Below, piece after piece: positions 29,632-40,137 of a stretch of DNA of 64,000 nt. The DNA is taken from NCBI GenBank assembly GCA_023381415.1, contig JAMCUN010000012.1:344-64343 (forward strand), read 5' to 3'. Origin of the DNA: Thermoplasmatota archaeon. GTDB lineage: Archaea > Thermoplasmatota > Thermoplasmata > Thermoplasmatales > GCA-001856825. Both the position numbers and the translations under genes were made by a program. Under the pieces are notes generated by a model, which worked only from the letters and a program-made list of their open reading frames with translations, made no database searches and was not told the origin of the DNA. Each line of letters opens with the position of its first letter. Position 1 is the first letter of the stretch.

Positions 29632-30096
29632 TCACCTTCTCCTAACTCTTCTCATTGCTTCGAAACCGTGTCCAATGATCTCTTTGACATTATCGAACGT
29701 CTCAATGTCTTTCACTTCCCTTTCGTCGAACCATCTGCAATCCGTAGATTCACTGTTGGTCCTGAATTCTAGGCTTTTAGCAATGCCTAGGTAAATCATG
29801 TCGAAGTGCCTGTGAGCTCCGGTAGAGTAAGGGACGATTTCATCCATTATGATCAGTGGTTTAGGTAGGCTGTTGGCTCCTTGTGAAATAACAACTAGCT
29901 CATCTGTGTTCACTATCTCAAAAGAGGCTCCGGTCTCCTCTACTACCTCCCTCACTGCACATTCCAGAGGTGTTTCATTCTCTTCAAGATGCCCTCCAGG
30001 GTATATCCAAACCCCAAGCTTCCTGTGCTTCACTAGGAGCACCTCTGGTCCGTCTTCGCTTATTATAAGGACCCCTGCTACTATGCATTTCTTCAA
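29632..30096 (-). CDS. NUDIX hydrolase
   Basis: GGHLEENETPLECAVREVVEETG Nudix box. Confidence 0.92.
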   Translation of the reverse strand: MKKCIVAGVLIISEDGPEVLLVKHRKLGVWIYPGGHLEENETPLECAVREVVEETGASFEIVNTDELVVISQGANSLPKPLIIMDEIVPYSTGAHRHFDMIYLGIAKSLEFRTNSESTDCRWFDEREVKDIETFDNVKEIIGHGFEAMRRVRRR

Positions 30097-30239
30097 AGAT
30101 TCATCCTTCTTAAGGGCAAAATAGGAGTGTATGCAAATATTTTCTTGTCACTGGGTAGACCATGGTCCAAATCCTTAAATTGTTAAAAGGGCACAAGAGA
30201 TACAAACCTCTCCCGTTGTTGTACCTCTTGTAACTTGCT

Positions 30240-31460
30240 TCACGCTGCCAGTGATTTCTCCAGATTTTTCTTCACAGTTGCAATGAACTCGTCAGAAGTT
30301 ACGTACTTAGAAACAGGAGGTTCAGACAGTTTAGCAATGTCCTGAGTCATTACCTTGTCCTTTTCTATCGTGTTTAGAACCGCATTTTCCAGTTTCTTGG
30401 AGAAATCAACTAGGTCATTCAGACCGTCAATTTCTCCTCTCCTCATAAGTCCTCTTGTCCAGGCAAATATCAGGGCCGTGGGGTTCGTGGATACCTTCTC
30501 CCCCTTGAGGTACCTGTAATAATGTCTCTGCACAGTCCCGTGTGCAGCTTCAGACAGGTAATATCCTTCCGGTGAAAATAGTTCAGATGTCATAAGTGCA
30601 AGTGAACCGAACGCAGTGGAGACCATATCAGAGAAAACATCTCCATCATAATTCTTGCAAGCCCAAAGGAAACCTCCCTCAGACCTGATTACTCTCGATA
30701 TTGCATCATCTATTAGGTAGTAGTAGTAATTTATTCCAAGTTTTGCAAATTCCTCCTTGTATTTAGTCTCATAGACTCTCCTGAATATTTCCTTAAAGTC
30801 AGCATCATAGACCTTAGATATTGTATCCTTGGCAGCGAACCAAAGGTCAGTTTTCTTCATAATAGCATACTTGAACGATGCGTCAGCGAAACCTTCTATT
30901 GACTTGTCTATATTGTAAATCCCCAGCAAGACACCTGGACCCTTGAGTTCCGGGTATTTCACTTTCTCATCTTTTCCGGATCTTCCCTTGTACGATATCT
31001 CCGCAGACCCAGGTTCATTGAATCTTATGGCAACTCCGTCGTAGATATCGCCGAAGGCGTGCCTCGCAACGATTATTGGTTTCTTCCAGTATCTCACTGC
31101 AGGTTGAACGGAGCTCACCATTATTGGAGCTCTGAATACTGTACCGTCAAGAATCTTCCTAATAGTGCCATTCGGGCTTGGCCATTCCTTCTTCAGGTTG
31201 TACTCCTTTACCCTCTCAGCATTAGGAGTGATGGTGGCGCACTTTACTCCTACACCCAATCTTTTGACTGCATTCGCAGCATCGAAGGTCACTCTGTCTT
31301 CAGTCTTGTCCCTGTTGCTAACGTGAAGGTCATAATATTCCGTCTTCAGGTTGACGTACGGTAACAGCAGGTTTTCCTTGACGGAAGACCAGAGGACTCT
31401 TGTCATCTCGTCACCGTCCATTTCAACTATAGGTCGACTCATTTCAATTTTACCAGTCAT
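30240..31460 (-). CDS. icd: NADP-dependent isocitrate dehydrogenase, type II
   Basis: DGDEMTR, KCATITP, SPNGTIR, NYDGDV.SD, EAAHGTVQRHY. Confidence 0.95.
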   Translation of the reverse strand: MTGKIEMSRPIVEMDGDEMTRVLWSSVKENLLLPYVNLKTEYYDLHVSNRDKTEDRVTFDAANAVKRLGVGVKCATITPNAERVKEYNLKKEWPSPNGTIRKILDGTVFRAPIMVSSVQPAVRYWKKPIIVARHAFGDIYDGVAIRFNEPGSAEISYKGRSGKDEKVKYPELKGPGVLLGIYNIDKSIEGFADASFKYAIMKKTDLWFAAKDTISKVYDADFKEIFRRVYETKYKEEFAKLGINYYYYLIDDAISRVIRSEGGFLWACKNYDGDVFSDMVSTAFGSLALMTSELFSPEGYYLSEAAHGTVQRHYYRYLKGEKVSTNPTALIFAWTRGLMRRGEIDGLNDLVDFSKKLENAVLNTIEKDKVMTQDIAKLSEPPVSKYVTSDEFIATVKKNLEKSLAA

Positions 31461-31535
31461 TTGATCACCGAAAACATCTCTTAATCCTCATTTTCTATTA
31501 ATATTTGGCTTCCAAGTGGATTGATGCTAGTTAAA

Positions 31536-32586
31536 TCATCTGAGCATCATATTACTTCTATTCACTTCCTTTATTGGAGCAAATACTGATAGTGCAATCT
31601 CCAAATTGAATTCTGCAAGAAGATTTCTAAAAATCGTTTAACGCCTGCCTAACCTGCTAAAGGTAGTACGTAAGCATACAGCCTTCCAATACGCACATTG
31701 TATGCTCAAAGAGAAATGACTTTTAAGGGATCTTCGCTCAAGCTTATGCCGCATCAATCAAGACGCAAATTTAATAATCCTTTGAAGACGTTATTCTATA
31801 AAGCGAGCACATAGAAGATATGGCCCGATCCACCACGATTCGATACTGTGACTGCATCTACCCCTGAAGCAACTTCTAGTTTAACGTCTTCAGGATGACT
31901 GTTGCCATTAACAATCAGGAGGAGTTTTGTAAAGACCTGTTTCTCTTATTCCTTCCCATAAGAAAGAAGGATTAACGTTTACTTTCAGATATTCAAGAAT
32001 TGCTGGCTCCATGTCACTCTTGGAATCTTACTTCAATCTTTAAGAAAAACAGGATCAGTTGAAAAATTTATGATCCCCTCACCTTTCATGAAGGAAGATA
32101 GGGATTCTTCAAATCTGTCTATCTCCATCCAAGCATTGATCTATCCACTGTTATCACTATCGCATTGTTACCTAAATTTTCGGCAGGTTTGACCATATTT
32201 CTCATTACCGCTAAGTAGTTCCCTGGATAAAGCTGAAAACAACGCTCGGAGTCTCCTATTAGAGCCCGACATTCTTCTATGCTAAGGGAAGAGATGGTGC
32301 TCAGGACGAACTGGATTCCATCTCTATAGCGGCTTTGGCACTACCCTTTGGGCTTCACGTGAATTATCGATTGTAGCAGATAGAAGCAAGAGTAAATGGT
32401 GTTGGAAACTTCCTTCCAAACAGTGAGATTTCTAAGGCTTTTTCGTTTACATTTCTTAGATGTGTAGGCCATGCGACACAACTTTTGAACGCTTAATTGT
32501 TGTTCCTACAAGTAATCTCTTCTTTAAGTGATATCGGTAGGCTGCTCTTCGACCCAAAAACATCATAAGTTGCACTTTCATCCCAT
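31536..32586 (-). pseudogene. Degraded FMN-dependent alpha-hydroxy-acid oxidase (lactate 2-monooxygenase-like)
   Basis: Manual minus-strand translation gives collinear fragments with stops and frameshifts: LRNV..SLFGRKFPTP, FVLST..SIEE, FQLY, AIVITVD..LGWR*.DL..YLP, GEG..F.TDPVF, HPED..SGVDAVTVSNRGG, IGRLYAY.L.LAG*AGV, LAEF. Confidence 0.88.
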
Positions 32587-32875
32587 AATTTTCCTTGATA
32601 AGTTACCGTTGATTAATATTTTAATCTAATGAGTCAAACGAGCCTCTAGAATTTGGAAATATGCTGTAAAGAATGCACAGGAAACCCGCGGAGGAAGTTG
32701 TCTGCACAGTCTATCAATTAACAATGATTTACTGAAAGCAATACCATATGAAGCGTAAAACTCAAAGGGTTCTGAATGTGAGTCATTCATGAGTAGGTAT
32801 ATAACAAACCACGAAACTGGTTGTCAAATTCACTACCGAATAATCTTTATTGTGTTTGTTTGTTTACCACTGGAT

Positions 32876-33667
32876 GTGACAGAGGTGATAGAGTACGGTT
32901 TGATGAGCATTAGAGGGGAGTCACGTCAAAGAGATGAAGACAGTGCACTGTGTATGGCTAACATTCAAGGAATCAGCGAGGGGAAGGACAAAGTTGTATC
33001 ATTCGCGGCCGTAGCAGACGGAATGGGAAGTGGAGAAAGGGGCGAGATTGCAAGTAAAATTGCAGTTAACACCTTAGGAAAAAATATAATGGGTTTCATT
33101 TTAGAAGAAGAAATATCGAGTTCTAAAATAACGAGATTATTCCTAAACAGCGTTAGAGAAGCAAATCAGATGATATCACAGTACGCAAGAAGGAATGACA
33201 TCTCGTCTATCGGGACAACTCTTACTGCTGCACTCATAGAATCCGACAAGGTTCACGTTGCAAACATTGGAGATTCTAGAACGTATCTTATGTCTAAATA
33301 CGGAAATATAAAGAATAGAACTAAGGACCATTCGTATGTTCAGCAACTTGTGGATAGTGGCCTTCTAAAAGATTCAGAAGTAAGAAAACATCCCAGGAGG
33401 AATATAGTTACAAAAATAATGGACGGTGGAGAAGGCGTAGAACCTGATCTCTACGAATGGAAAATAGTCAAGAACGAATATGTACTGCTGTGTTGCGATG
33501 GACTCTGGGAGGCTTTGACTGACGAGGCAATTGAAAAGATAGTATTGTCGGGAGGTTCTCCACAAGAAATAGTGAGGAGTATGGTAAAGAGAGCAAATGA
33601 AATAGATGGGTCTGATAACATAACAGCGATAATTATGAAGAAAATTGAAGGAATTGAAGAAGCGTGA
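32876..33667 (+). CDS. PP2C/PPM family Ser/Thr protein phosphatase
   Basis: RDEDS, VADGMG, NIGDSRTY, DHS, HPRRNIVT, LLCCDGLW, GSDNIT; metal-binding Asps intact; start uncertain (ORF opens 32789). Confidence 0.95.
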   Translation: MTEVIEYGLMSIRGESRQRDEDSALCMANIQGISEGKDKVVSFAAVADGMGSGERGEIASKIAVNTLGKNIMGFILEEEISSSKITRLFLNSVREANQMISQYARRNDISSIGTTLTAALIESDKVHVANIGDSRTYLMSKYGNIKNRTKDHSYVQQLVDSGLLKDSEVRKHPRRNIVTKIMDGGEGVEPDLYEWKIVKNEYVLLCCDGLWEALTDEAIEKIVLSGGSPQEIVRSMVKRANEIDGSDNITAIIMKKIEGIEEA

Positions 33668-33759
33668 ATTGAACTCCAACCGTTCATTTCAAAAGCCCAA
33701 ACCAGCCAAATGATTTTATAAGCATTAGACGGCCTGACCATCGCCTTCTATTTCGTTCT

Positions 33760-34593
33760 TTATTGAATATTGTAGCCATAAAACGATATTGAACAGATCT
33801 TTCTAAATCCAATTTTTTCGCATATCGGTGCAGATGTCTCCTCAAGCGCATGAATAATGAGGAACTCAAGACCGTTATACTTTGCATCTTCTAATCTCTT
33901 CCAAACCATGCTTTTATATATACCACGCCCTCTAAAGGATGGGAGTACAGCTGAGCCATCAAGTATTCCATACTTTCCTTCTCTATCCATCTCCATCACT
34001 GCGAACCCCACTTTGCCCCCTGTTTCTTTATCATAAGCGATATACGTTTTTATCTGCCCATTATAACGCTTCGTGGCATTTACCGCTTTCATTGTTTGTA
34101 ATATAGCATTTGCAGAGCCTTTATTCATGTCACTTCCGAATGATTTGACTATCAAGTCTAGATTTTCCTCCAGCTCATCTAAGGTTACCTCTTTGACGGA
34201 AGAAGTATGGCTTTCTCTGATGTTATCAGAAGATAATTCCATCACCATTCCGGCCTCTTGAATATCTGTCATTTGATGGAAGCCGTTATTTTTAAGGCGG
34301 TCTCCGAGATCAGAAGGAGTACTATCCGGGCCAACTGCCCAGCTAAAAGATTTACCGTATTTCTTGAACTCTTGTATTACGATCTGGATCATTTCGTCCG
34401 CATTATCTTGAGAGAAGCGAGCAAGACCAACGTGGTTAACTCTCTCTGAGTTTATAGGAGAAACATATCCTTTCAGGTGCGGAATATGCAATCTCTCAAA
34501 GCCCATGTTCTTAAAAAATTCATCATCTAATCCTTCCCTGTCCAAAATCGCATTAGTCCTTTCTATAGTTTCAATTATGTGGTGCTTTTCCAT
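33760..34593 (-). CDS. GNAT family acetyltransferase
   Basis: C-terminal VLPSFRGRGIY acetyl-CoA motif and KIGF. Confidence 0.88.
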   Translation of the reverse strand: MEKHHIIETIERTNAILDREGLDDEFFKNMGFERLHIPHLKGYVSPINSERVNHVGLARFSQDNADEMIQIVIQEFKKYGKSFSWAVGPDSTPSDLGDRLKNNGFHQMTDIQEAGMVMELSSDNIRESHTSSVKEVTLDELEENLDLIVKSFGSDMNKGSANAILQTMKAVNATKRYNGQIKTYIAYDKETGGKVGFAVMEMDREGKYGILDGSAVLPSFRGRGIYKSMVWKRLEDAKYNGLEFLIIHALEETSAPICEKIGFRKICSISFYGYNIQ

Positions 34594-34781
34594 AGTTTAG
34601 CAGTAGATAATACACTTAAACTTTTTTTTGTCCATTCCAATCTTCCTGTAGATTTGAACTACTTAAGAAGCGAGATTAAGCCTTAATTTTAAAATCCAGG
34701 CAGAAAGTGATGATTATTACGTAGAAATTCTAATCTCCTTAAACAACAAGATTTAACTAAGATTATTATTATAATGTTATT

Positions 34782-35546
34782 ATGCTGAATGGATCGAAAG
34801 TAGCTGTTATTACTGGATCAGGAAGAGGAATCGGAAGAGAAATTTCCATAAGACTAGCCAAGGAAGGTTTCAAAATTGTGATCAATGTTAAGAAACGTTT
34901 GGAGGAGGCCCAGGAAACATTGAAGGAGGTCTCAATGTATAGTGAAGGATTAATTGTTCAAGCAGACGTTTCGACTAGGGATGGTTGTAAAAAGATTGCA
35001 GAAGAGACTAGGAAAAGTTTTGGAAGATGCGATCTTCTTGTCAACAATGCCGGTCTTGCAATAGCTATGCCATTCATGGAGTGCGATGATAAACTTATAG
35101 AGAAGATAGTTTCAACTGACTTCCTTTCAGTGATATACTGCACACAGGAGATTGTGAAGATAATGCCTGAAGGAAGTTCAATAGTAATGATGACATCCCT
35201 ATCTGGGATCAAACCAATGAAATATTTATCGCTCTACGGTAGCCTCAAAGCTGCAGTTATTAGATTAACAGAATACCTGGCACTGGAGTTAAGTCCAAAC
35301 AAGATCAGAGTAAACTCGATTGCTCCGTCTGTGGTTAGGACAAAGATGGGAGACAGCCTCTTAAATTTTCTGAACTTGAAGGAAGAAGAATATGCCGACA
35401 AGTACACTCTGACTGGAAGCGTAATTTTTCCTAAAGAAATAGCAGCTACGGTTGTGTACCTCCTAGAATCACCTAACATCAATGGACAGACTCTAATAAT
35501 AGACTCAGGCCAATCGCTAATGCTGAATTTTCCTGGGCAGCAGTGA
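34782..35546 (+). CDS. Short-chain dehydrogenase/reductase
   Basis: TGSGRGIG, NNAG, YGSLK, NSIAP. Confidence 0.93.
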   Translation: MLNGSKVAVITGSGRGIGREISIRLAKEGFKIVINVKKRLEEAQETLKEVSMYSEGLIVQADVSTRDGCKKIAEETRKSFGRCDLLVNNAGLAIAMPFMECDDKLIEKIVSTDFLSVIYCTQEIVKIMPEGSSIVMMTSLSGIKPMKYLSLYGSLKAAVIRLTEYLALELSPNKIRVNSIAPSVVRTKMGDSLLNFLNLKEEEYADKYTLTGSVIFPKEIAATVVYLLESPNINGQTLIIDSGQSLMLNFPGQQ

Positions 35547-35885
35547 TTTTTTCTCTTTGACAAACAGGATTGGTCATCCCTTCGTTTGGTTATTTTATCC
35601 GTTACTGGGGTTATTCAAGACCAGAAGAATAGGCAGGAATGTCTAAGAAAGTTGAGGGCCGACTGGGCAATAAGCCAAAAATTACTGACCTGTAAATTTT
35701 CTACGCAATACTTAATTGAAATCTGGAGGCAATCCATAAATGTATTGAGTCGCACTTAGAAGTAATGACCTAACTCAATATTCCAAATACTTAGATTCTT
35801 TCTAATCTATCGAATGGAGTGTTCAGTAAGTAAGTTCATGGAACCTGATTTAGCAACTCCTTCTACGGGTGCTTCTGGGCAAATA

Positions 35886-38800
35886 TCAGGCATTAAGAAG
35901 TCCCTTCAATCTGAGACACTTTTCTGCGAAAGGAACGCAGTTCAGTCTGTCAAATATATCGTAAGCGACAGAAAGTGCATTGTCACTTCCTTCCCAGTCA
36001 TTATCCTTTTGAAGCAGTCTCGCAAGTTCATAAGAAAGTTGTGCGCCGAATAATACGTAACCGGTTTTTAGAAAATAATCTCTAGCCTCTCTCATTGAAA
36101 CAACTGCCTTCTCGATGTCCCCAAATTTTTCCTCATAATAGGACTCCGCTGCGTTCCTGTACTGAGATATCCACTCTTCTCTGAACCTTGAAGAAAAATC
36201 GTTCAGGACTTTTAGGTATCTTTCAGCATCTTCCTTTTTACCCAACAAAGCGCTTGCAATTGATGAGTAATATGACATATTCACGTAAGCATCGAAAACT
36301 TCTGTATTTAATATCTTATTCTCTATTTTTTCTATGATAGAATGAGCATAAGATACTGCCTCCTCTAATTTGTTCTGCTCTACGAGGCTCATCGCTTTGT
36401 ACGGAGAAGAGAAACTGAGGAACTGAGCAGATGAAGCCTTGTCAACTTCATTAAATCCATTCATTGCTATATTCCAGTTCCCCTTGAAGGCTTCTATAAC
36501 AGATTTTATTAATGTAGAAACCAAACTCACATGATTGCCTTTAGATTCATCCACTTCATTGTTTTCTAACAGTTTCTTAAGTTGTTCCCATCTACCACCG
36601 GGAAGAAGGGAGAGTAGACCCCTTTCATATTCAATTACTTCCCTAGTTCTTTTCGTGCAGAGGTCAAGATTAAATGCCAGTCCCTTAGAGAATGCTGCTT
36701 CCGTCCCCATAAGGTCGTGTTTAAGGAACACGTAAACATTAGCATAGTGGTCATAGAACGTTAGTGCTACGTTCTGAAGTTCAACATTATTTGGGTCTTC
36801 GGCAGTGCTTCTAATGACCCATCTTTCAGCATCCTGATTGATCTTCAATATGTAATCTATGTCACTTCTTTCCTTGATTTCAATCAAGTTTCCAGACTGT
36901 AACCTGAGTGCGATTGTGTAGATGTCGTTTACTCCTGTCTCAGTAACATACTCGAGTACCTTTCCGTTTACCTCCCTCGCCTCTTTGAATTCGGACCTGT
37001 ACCAATGGGCACCCGAGATAGAATAGGCAAGTCTTTGCAGATAGTTTTTAGAGGCAGGGTCCGTCAAATTCTTTTCTAGGAAGTCAGTTGCATACTTTAA
37101 CCAGTAGTCCTGCCTTTGATCACTTCTTGCTACCATCCCTGAGAGGCATTTGGCCATCATCTCAACATCGTTCAGGGACTCAAAGATCCTTATTGCCTGT
37201 TCTATGCTTTCAAAATCTGTGATTCCAGAGAACAATCCATAATAATAGGTCTTGTATAAGATCATAGCCTTCTGCTTTTTCCCTTCATTGCTCTTGGAAT
37301 AATTTGGAATCATATCCATTATCTCAAGGTCTGACCTGTATTGATCGGCCGCCCTATTGAACTGAAATGAAGAAGCCCACAGGTCGCCTAGGCTTATTCC
37401 GAACTTCAACGCGTTCAGGTAGTCTCCTCCTTCAAGCGTGTGGTATGCAAGATCAGGCAATACATCCTTATCTTCATCTCCGTATGTTGACAGCATTATT
37501 TCTGCTATCCTGAGATGAAGTTTCTTCTTCCTTAACATTGAAATTGAATTAAAGAAGAAGTCGTGCACTTGTGGATTTTCGAAATATAATCTAAACTGTC
37601 CAGGTCTTGTTTTCTTTTCCAGAAGAATACGGCCCTTCTCTAGTTTTTCTATTTCGTTATAAAGTGTATCACTATCTACCGAATCCATGAGTTTTTCGAG
37701 TATCTCCAGATCAAACTCTTGTCCTATAACGGACGCAACTGAAAGTATTTCCTTACTTGTTTCCCCAACGCTTGACAACCTTTCCCTTATCAGGCCTCTA
37801 ACGGATGAAGGAATTCCTATTTCATTTATGGGTTTCCTATCCCAGCTGCCTGAATCCTTACGGAAAATCATTCTCTTTTCTATGAGCAGTTTTAGGACTT
37901 CTTCGACGTAGAATGGATTTCCTTCGGTCCTTGAATAAATGAAATTTGAAAACTCAACGCTTATGTTGCTTTTTTTCTCCCCAAGATTCCTTGCTATCAG
38001 CTCTGCTGTCTGATCTTTATCAAGATTGTGCAGTCTCAAAGATTGGACTTTCCTGCTTCCCATTATCTTCTCGAGTAACGGATTTTCCTGATCGTCAACT
38101 GGAACGGAGGTCATAACTAGAAGCATTTTGATATTCTTGATCCCATCAAGGAGAGAATTTATTATATTCAAAGATCCAGAATCTGCAAAATTGATATCTT
38201 CAATTTCTAAGAGAAATGGGGTCTCTCTTCCAATGTTCCTGAATATTTCATATATGCCATCGAGGAATCTCACTGCTGCATCTTCAGGATTCTGGGTAAA
38301 CAGGTCATTTACTCTTCCCAGTTTACCAACAAGGTCAGGAAGGAGTTTAATGGCAACGTCACCATAGTTTCCGCACACCTTGAACATCAACTGTTGGGGC
38401 ATTTCCGAGAAAATTTCTCTCAATAATTCTGAGAATATGTAATTTGGACTCGAGGCCCTATTTTCCCTGCCCTTTGCTATAATTACCTTCAATCCCCTCA
38501 GGAGTCCATAATCCATGAGGTCTTGCACCATTCTCGTCTTACCCTGACCGTGATCTCCTACAACGATGATAGCCTTACCTTCGCCTAACATAGCAGAATC
38601 GAGGGCCGCCCTTAGCGTTGACATCTCTTCCTCCAATCCTATCAGCTGAGAGTTCCCTATGTTGGTTCTCGAGGTGGAGGCAGATATAGACGAATTGCTA
38701 TAAGAAGACATTGTGGATCTAACCTCGGTTCCTTGGGTATTCGTCAAGTCTTCTATGTCCTTAACTGCACCTATAAGTTTACCAGCATCCCGAAACCTTT

Positions 38801-39578
38801 CTTGAGGGTTCTTCCTAAGAAGTTTCATTATGATGGCATCTAATTGTTTTGGAATGTTGGAATTTATTGAGGAAGGGGATAGCGGATAATCATGGATGTG
38901 GCTATATATTAGCTGAATACTGTCCCTAGATTCAAACGGTGGATGGCCTGTTGACATAAAGTAGATAACGCAGCCTAAGGAATAAAGATCGGATCTGGCA
39001 TCCACGATGTTACCCAGAGCACCTTCGGGGGATATGTACGCAGGAGTTCCCACTATAGTTCCCGCGTGTGTCAGCATCGGTGCGTCGAAAGCCTTGGCTA
39101 GACCAAAATCCATTATCTTAGGTGTTCCATCCTTGGTCATCATTATATTTTCTGGCTTTATGTCTCTGTGAAATATCCCTCTGTTATGCGCATATTCCAG
39201 AGCATTTGCTACTGATTTCGTTATCCTTAGAACCTCTGTAACAGATAGTCTTCCGTGATTCCTAAAAACGTATTCCTGGAGGTTCTCACCATCCACGAAT
39301 TCCATTACCATGTAGAATTTGTTCCCCTCCCTCTGCATATCGTATATAGCAACTATGTTAGGGTGCAACATCTTGGCTGTAGTTTCAGCCTCCCTCAGGA
39401 TCCTGTTGTAAGAGTCCCCCTCTGTGACTTCCCCCTTTATGAGTTTTATGGCCACTATCCGGTTAAGATTATTGTCAAGACACTTGTATACTATGCCCTT
39501 TCCTCCCTCACCTAGTTTCTTCAGAATTTTATATCTCCCATTTTGGAAGCTTTCAGGAGTGTCAGAAATTCCTTTCAC
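35886..39578 (-). CDS. Hanks Ser/Thr kinase - STAND/AAA NTPase - TPR-like protein (paralogue 1)
   Basis: GEGGKG, VAIK, HRDIKPEN, DFG, GTPAYISPE; Walker A GDHGQGKT, Walker B IEDINFAD, GNPFY, IPSSVR; helical C-terminus; start uncertain (GTG 39578, ORF opens 39653). Confidence 0.92.
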   Translation of the reverse strand: MKGISDTPESFQNGRYKILKKLGEGGKGIVYKCLDNNLNRIVAIKLIKGEVTEGDSYNRILREAETTAKMLHPNIVAIYDMQREGNKFYMVMEFVDGENLQEYVFRNHGRLSVTEVLRITKSVANALEYAHNRGIFHRDIKPENIMMTKDGTPKIMDFGLAKAFDAPMLTHAGTIVGTPAYISPEGALGNIVDARSDLYSLGCVIYFMSTGHPPFESRDSIQLIYSHIHDYPLSPSSINSNIPKQLDAIIMKLLRKNPQERFRDAGKLIGAVKDIEDLTNTQGTEVRSTMSSYSNSSISASTSRTNIGNSQLIGLEEEMSTLRAALDSAMLGEGKAIIVVGDHGQGKTRMVQDLMDYGLLRGLKVIIAKGRENRASSPNYIFSELLREIFSEMPQQLMFKVCGNYGDVAIKLLPDLVGKLGRVNDLFTQNPEDAAVRFLDGIYEIFRNIGRETPFLLEIEDINFADSGSLNIINSLLDGIKNIKMLLVMTSVPVDDQENPLLEKIMGSRKVQSLRLHNLDKDQTAELIARNLGEKKSNISVEFSNFIYSRTEGNPFYVEEVLKLLIEKRMIFRKDSGSWDRKPINEIGIPSSVRGLIRERLSSVGETSKEILSVASVIGQEFDLEILEKLMDSVDSDTLYNEIEKLEKGRILLEKKTRPGQFRLYFENPQVHDFFFNSISMLRKKKLHLRIAEIMLSTYGDEDKDVLPDLAYHTLEGGDYLNALKFGISLGDLWASSFQFNRAADQYRSDLEIMDMIPNYSKSNEGKKQKAMILYKTYYYGLFSGITDFESIEQAIRIFESLNDVEMMAKCLSGMVARSDQRQDYWLKYATDFLEKNLTDPASKNYLQRLAYSISGAHWYRSEFKEAREVNGKVLEYVTETGVNDIYTIALRLQSGNLIEIKERSDIDYILKINQDAERWVIRSTAEDPNNVELQNVALTFYDHYANVYVFLKHDLMGTEAAFSKGLAFNLDLCTKRTREVIEYERGLLSLLPGGRWEQLKKLLENNEVDESKGNHVSLVSTLIKSVIEAFKGNWNIAMNGFNEVDKASSAQFLSFSSPYKAMSLVEQNKLEEAVSYAHSIIEKIENKILNTEVFDAYVNMSYYSSIASALLGKKEDAERYLKVLNDFSSRFREEWISQYRNAAESYYEEKFGDIEKAVVSMREARDYFLKTGYVLFGAQLSYELARLLQKDNDWEGSDNALSVAYDIFDRLNCVPFAEKCLRLKGLLNA

Positions 39579-39708
39579 CTCAACTAAATATCTTAAGGGT
39601 GTTAAATTTATAAATATTTCGTCATCTCGTCTTGCTGGATACGAAGTGTTCATAGGGTTATCAGAGATATCCTCAAAGTGCTTATGCCTGAATCTCCGGT
39701 CCTTCAGA

Positions 39709-39746
39709 ACAATAGGTCTAATTTTACGTTAATGGAGACCTATTGT
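39709..39746 (-). terminator. Hairpin immediately after the GYD gene
   Basis: ACAATAGGTCT (39709-39719) / AGACCTATTGT (39736-39746), 11-bp perfect inverted repeat, 16-nt loop; function inferred. Confidence 0.5.
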
Positions 39747-39754
39747 AAGGTAAG

Positions 39755-40045
39755 TTACTTAATGTGCTTTTTACTGACTTTTTGGTAGAGATTATCGTCT
39801 ATGACTTGCATGGTTATGACATCAATCCATGGTTTAACAGTATGTAAATACTCCAAATACAATTCTTCAGACTTATCCGTTCCATCACTTTCAACAATAA
39901 CAACAGAGTCATACGGGCCATATGTTCTAAAAATTTCAATCTTAACCCCTGATTTGGTAGCTTTGCTTACGATTTTCAAAGCCCTGTCGTTCTCCTCTTT
40001 GGTTGGCAATCTTTTTAGTTTGTCTAACATTACAACTTTATTCAT
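39755..40045 (-). CDS. GYD-domain-like small protein
   Basis: 96 aa with GVKI..TYGPYDSVVIVES family signature. Confidence 0.75.
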   Translation of the reverse strand: MNKVVMLDKLKRLPTKEENDRALKIVSKATKSGVKIEIFRTYGPYDSVVIVESDGTDKSEELYLEYLHTVKPWIDVITMQVIDDNLYQKVSKKHIK

Positions 40046-40137
40046 GCTAGTTTTTTAGGAAAAATCTTATTTAAAATCCATGTAAATATAAAGGCTAAAC
40101 CCACGAATGGAGAACCAGACAGTATTCACTATCCTCC

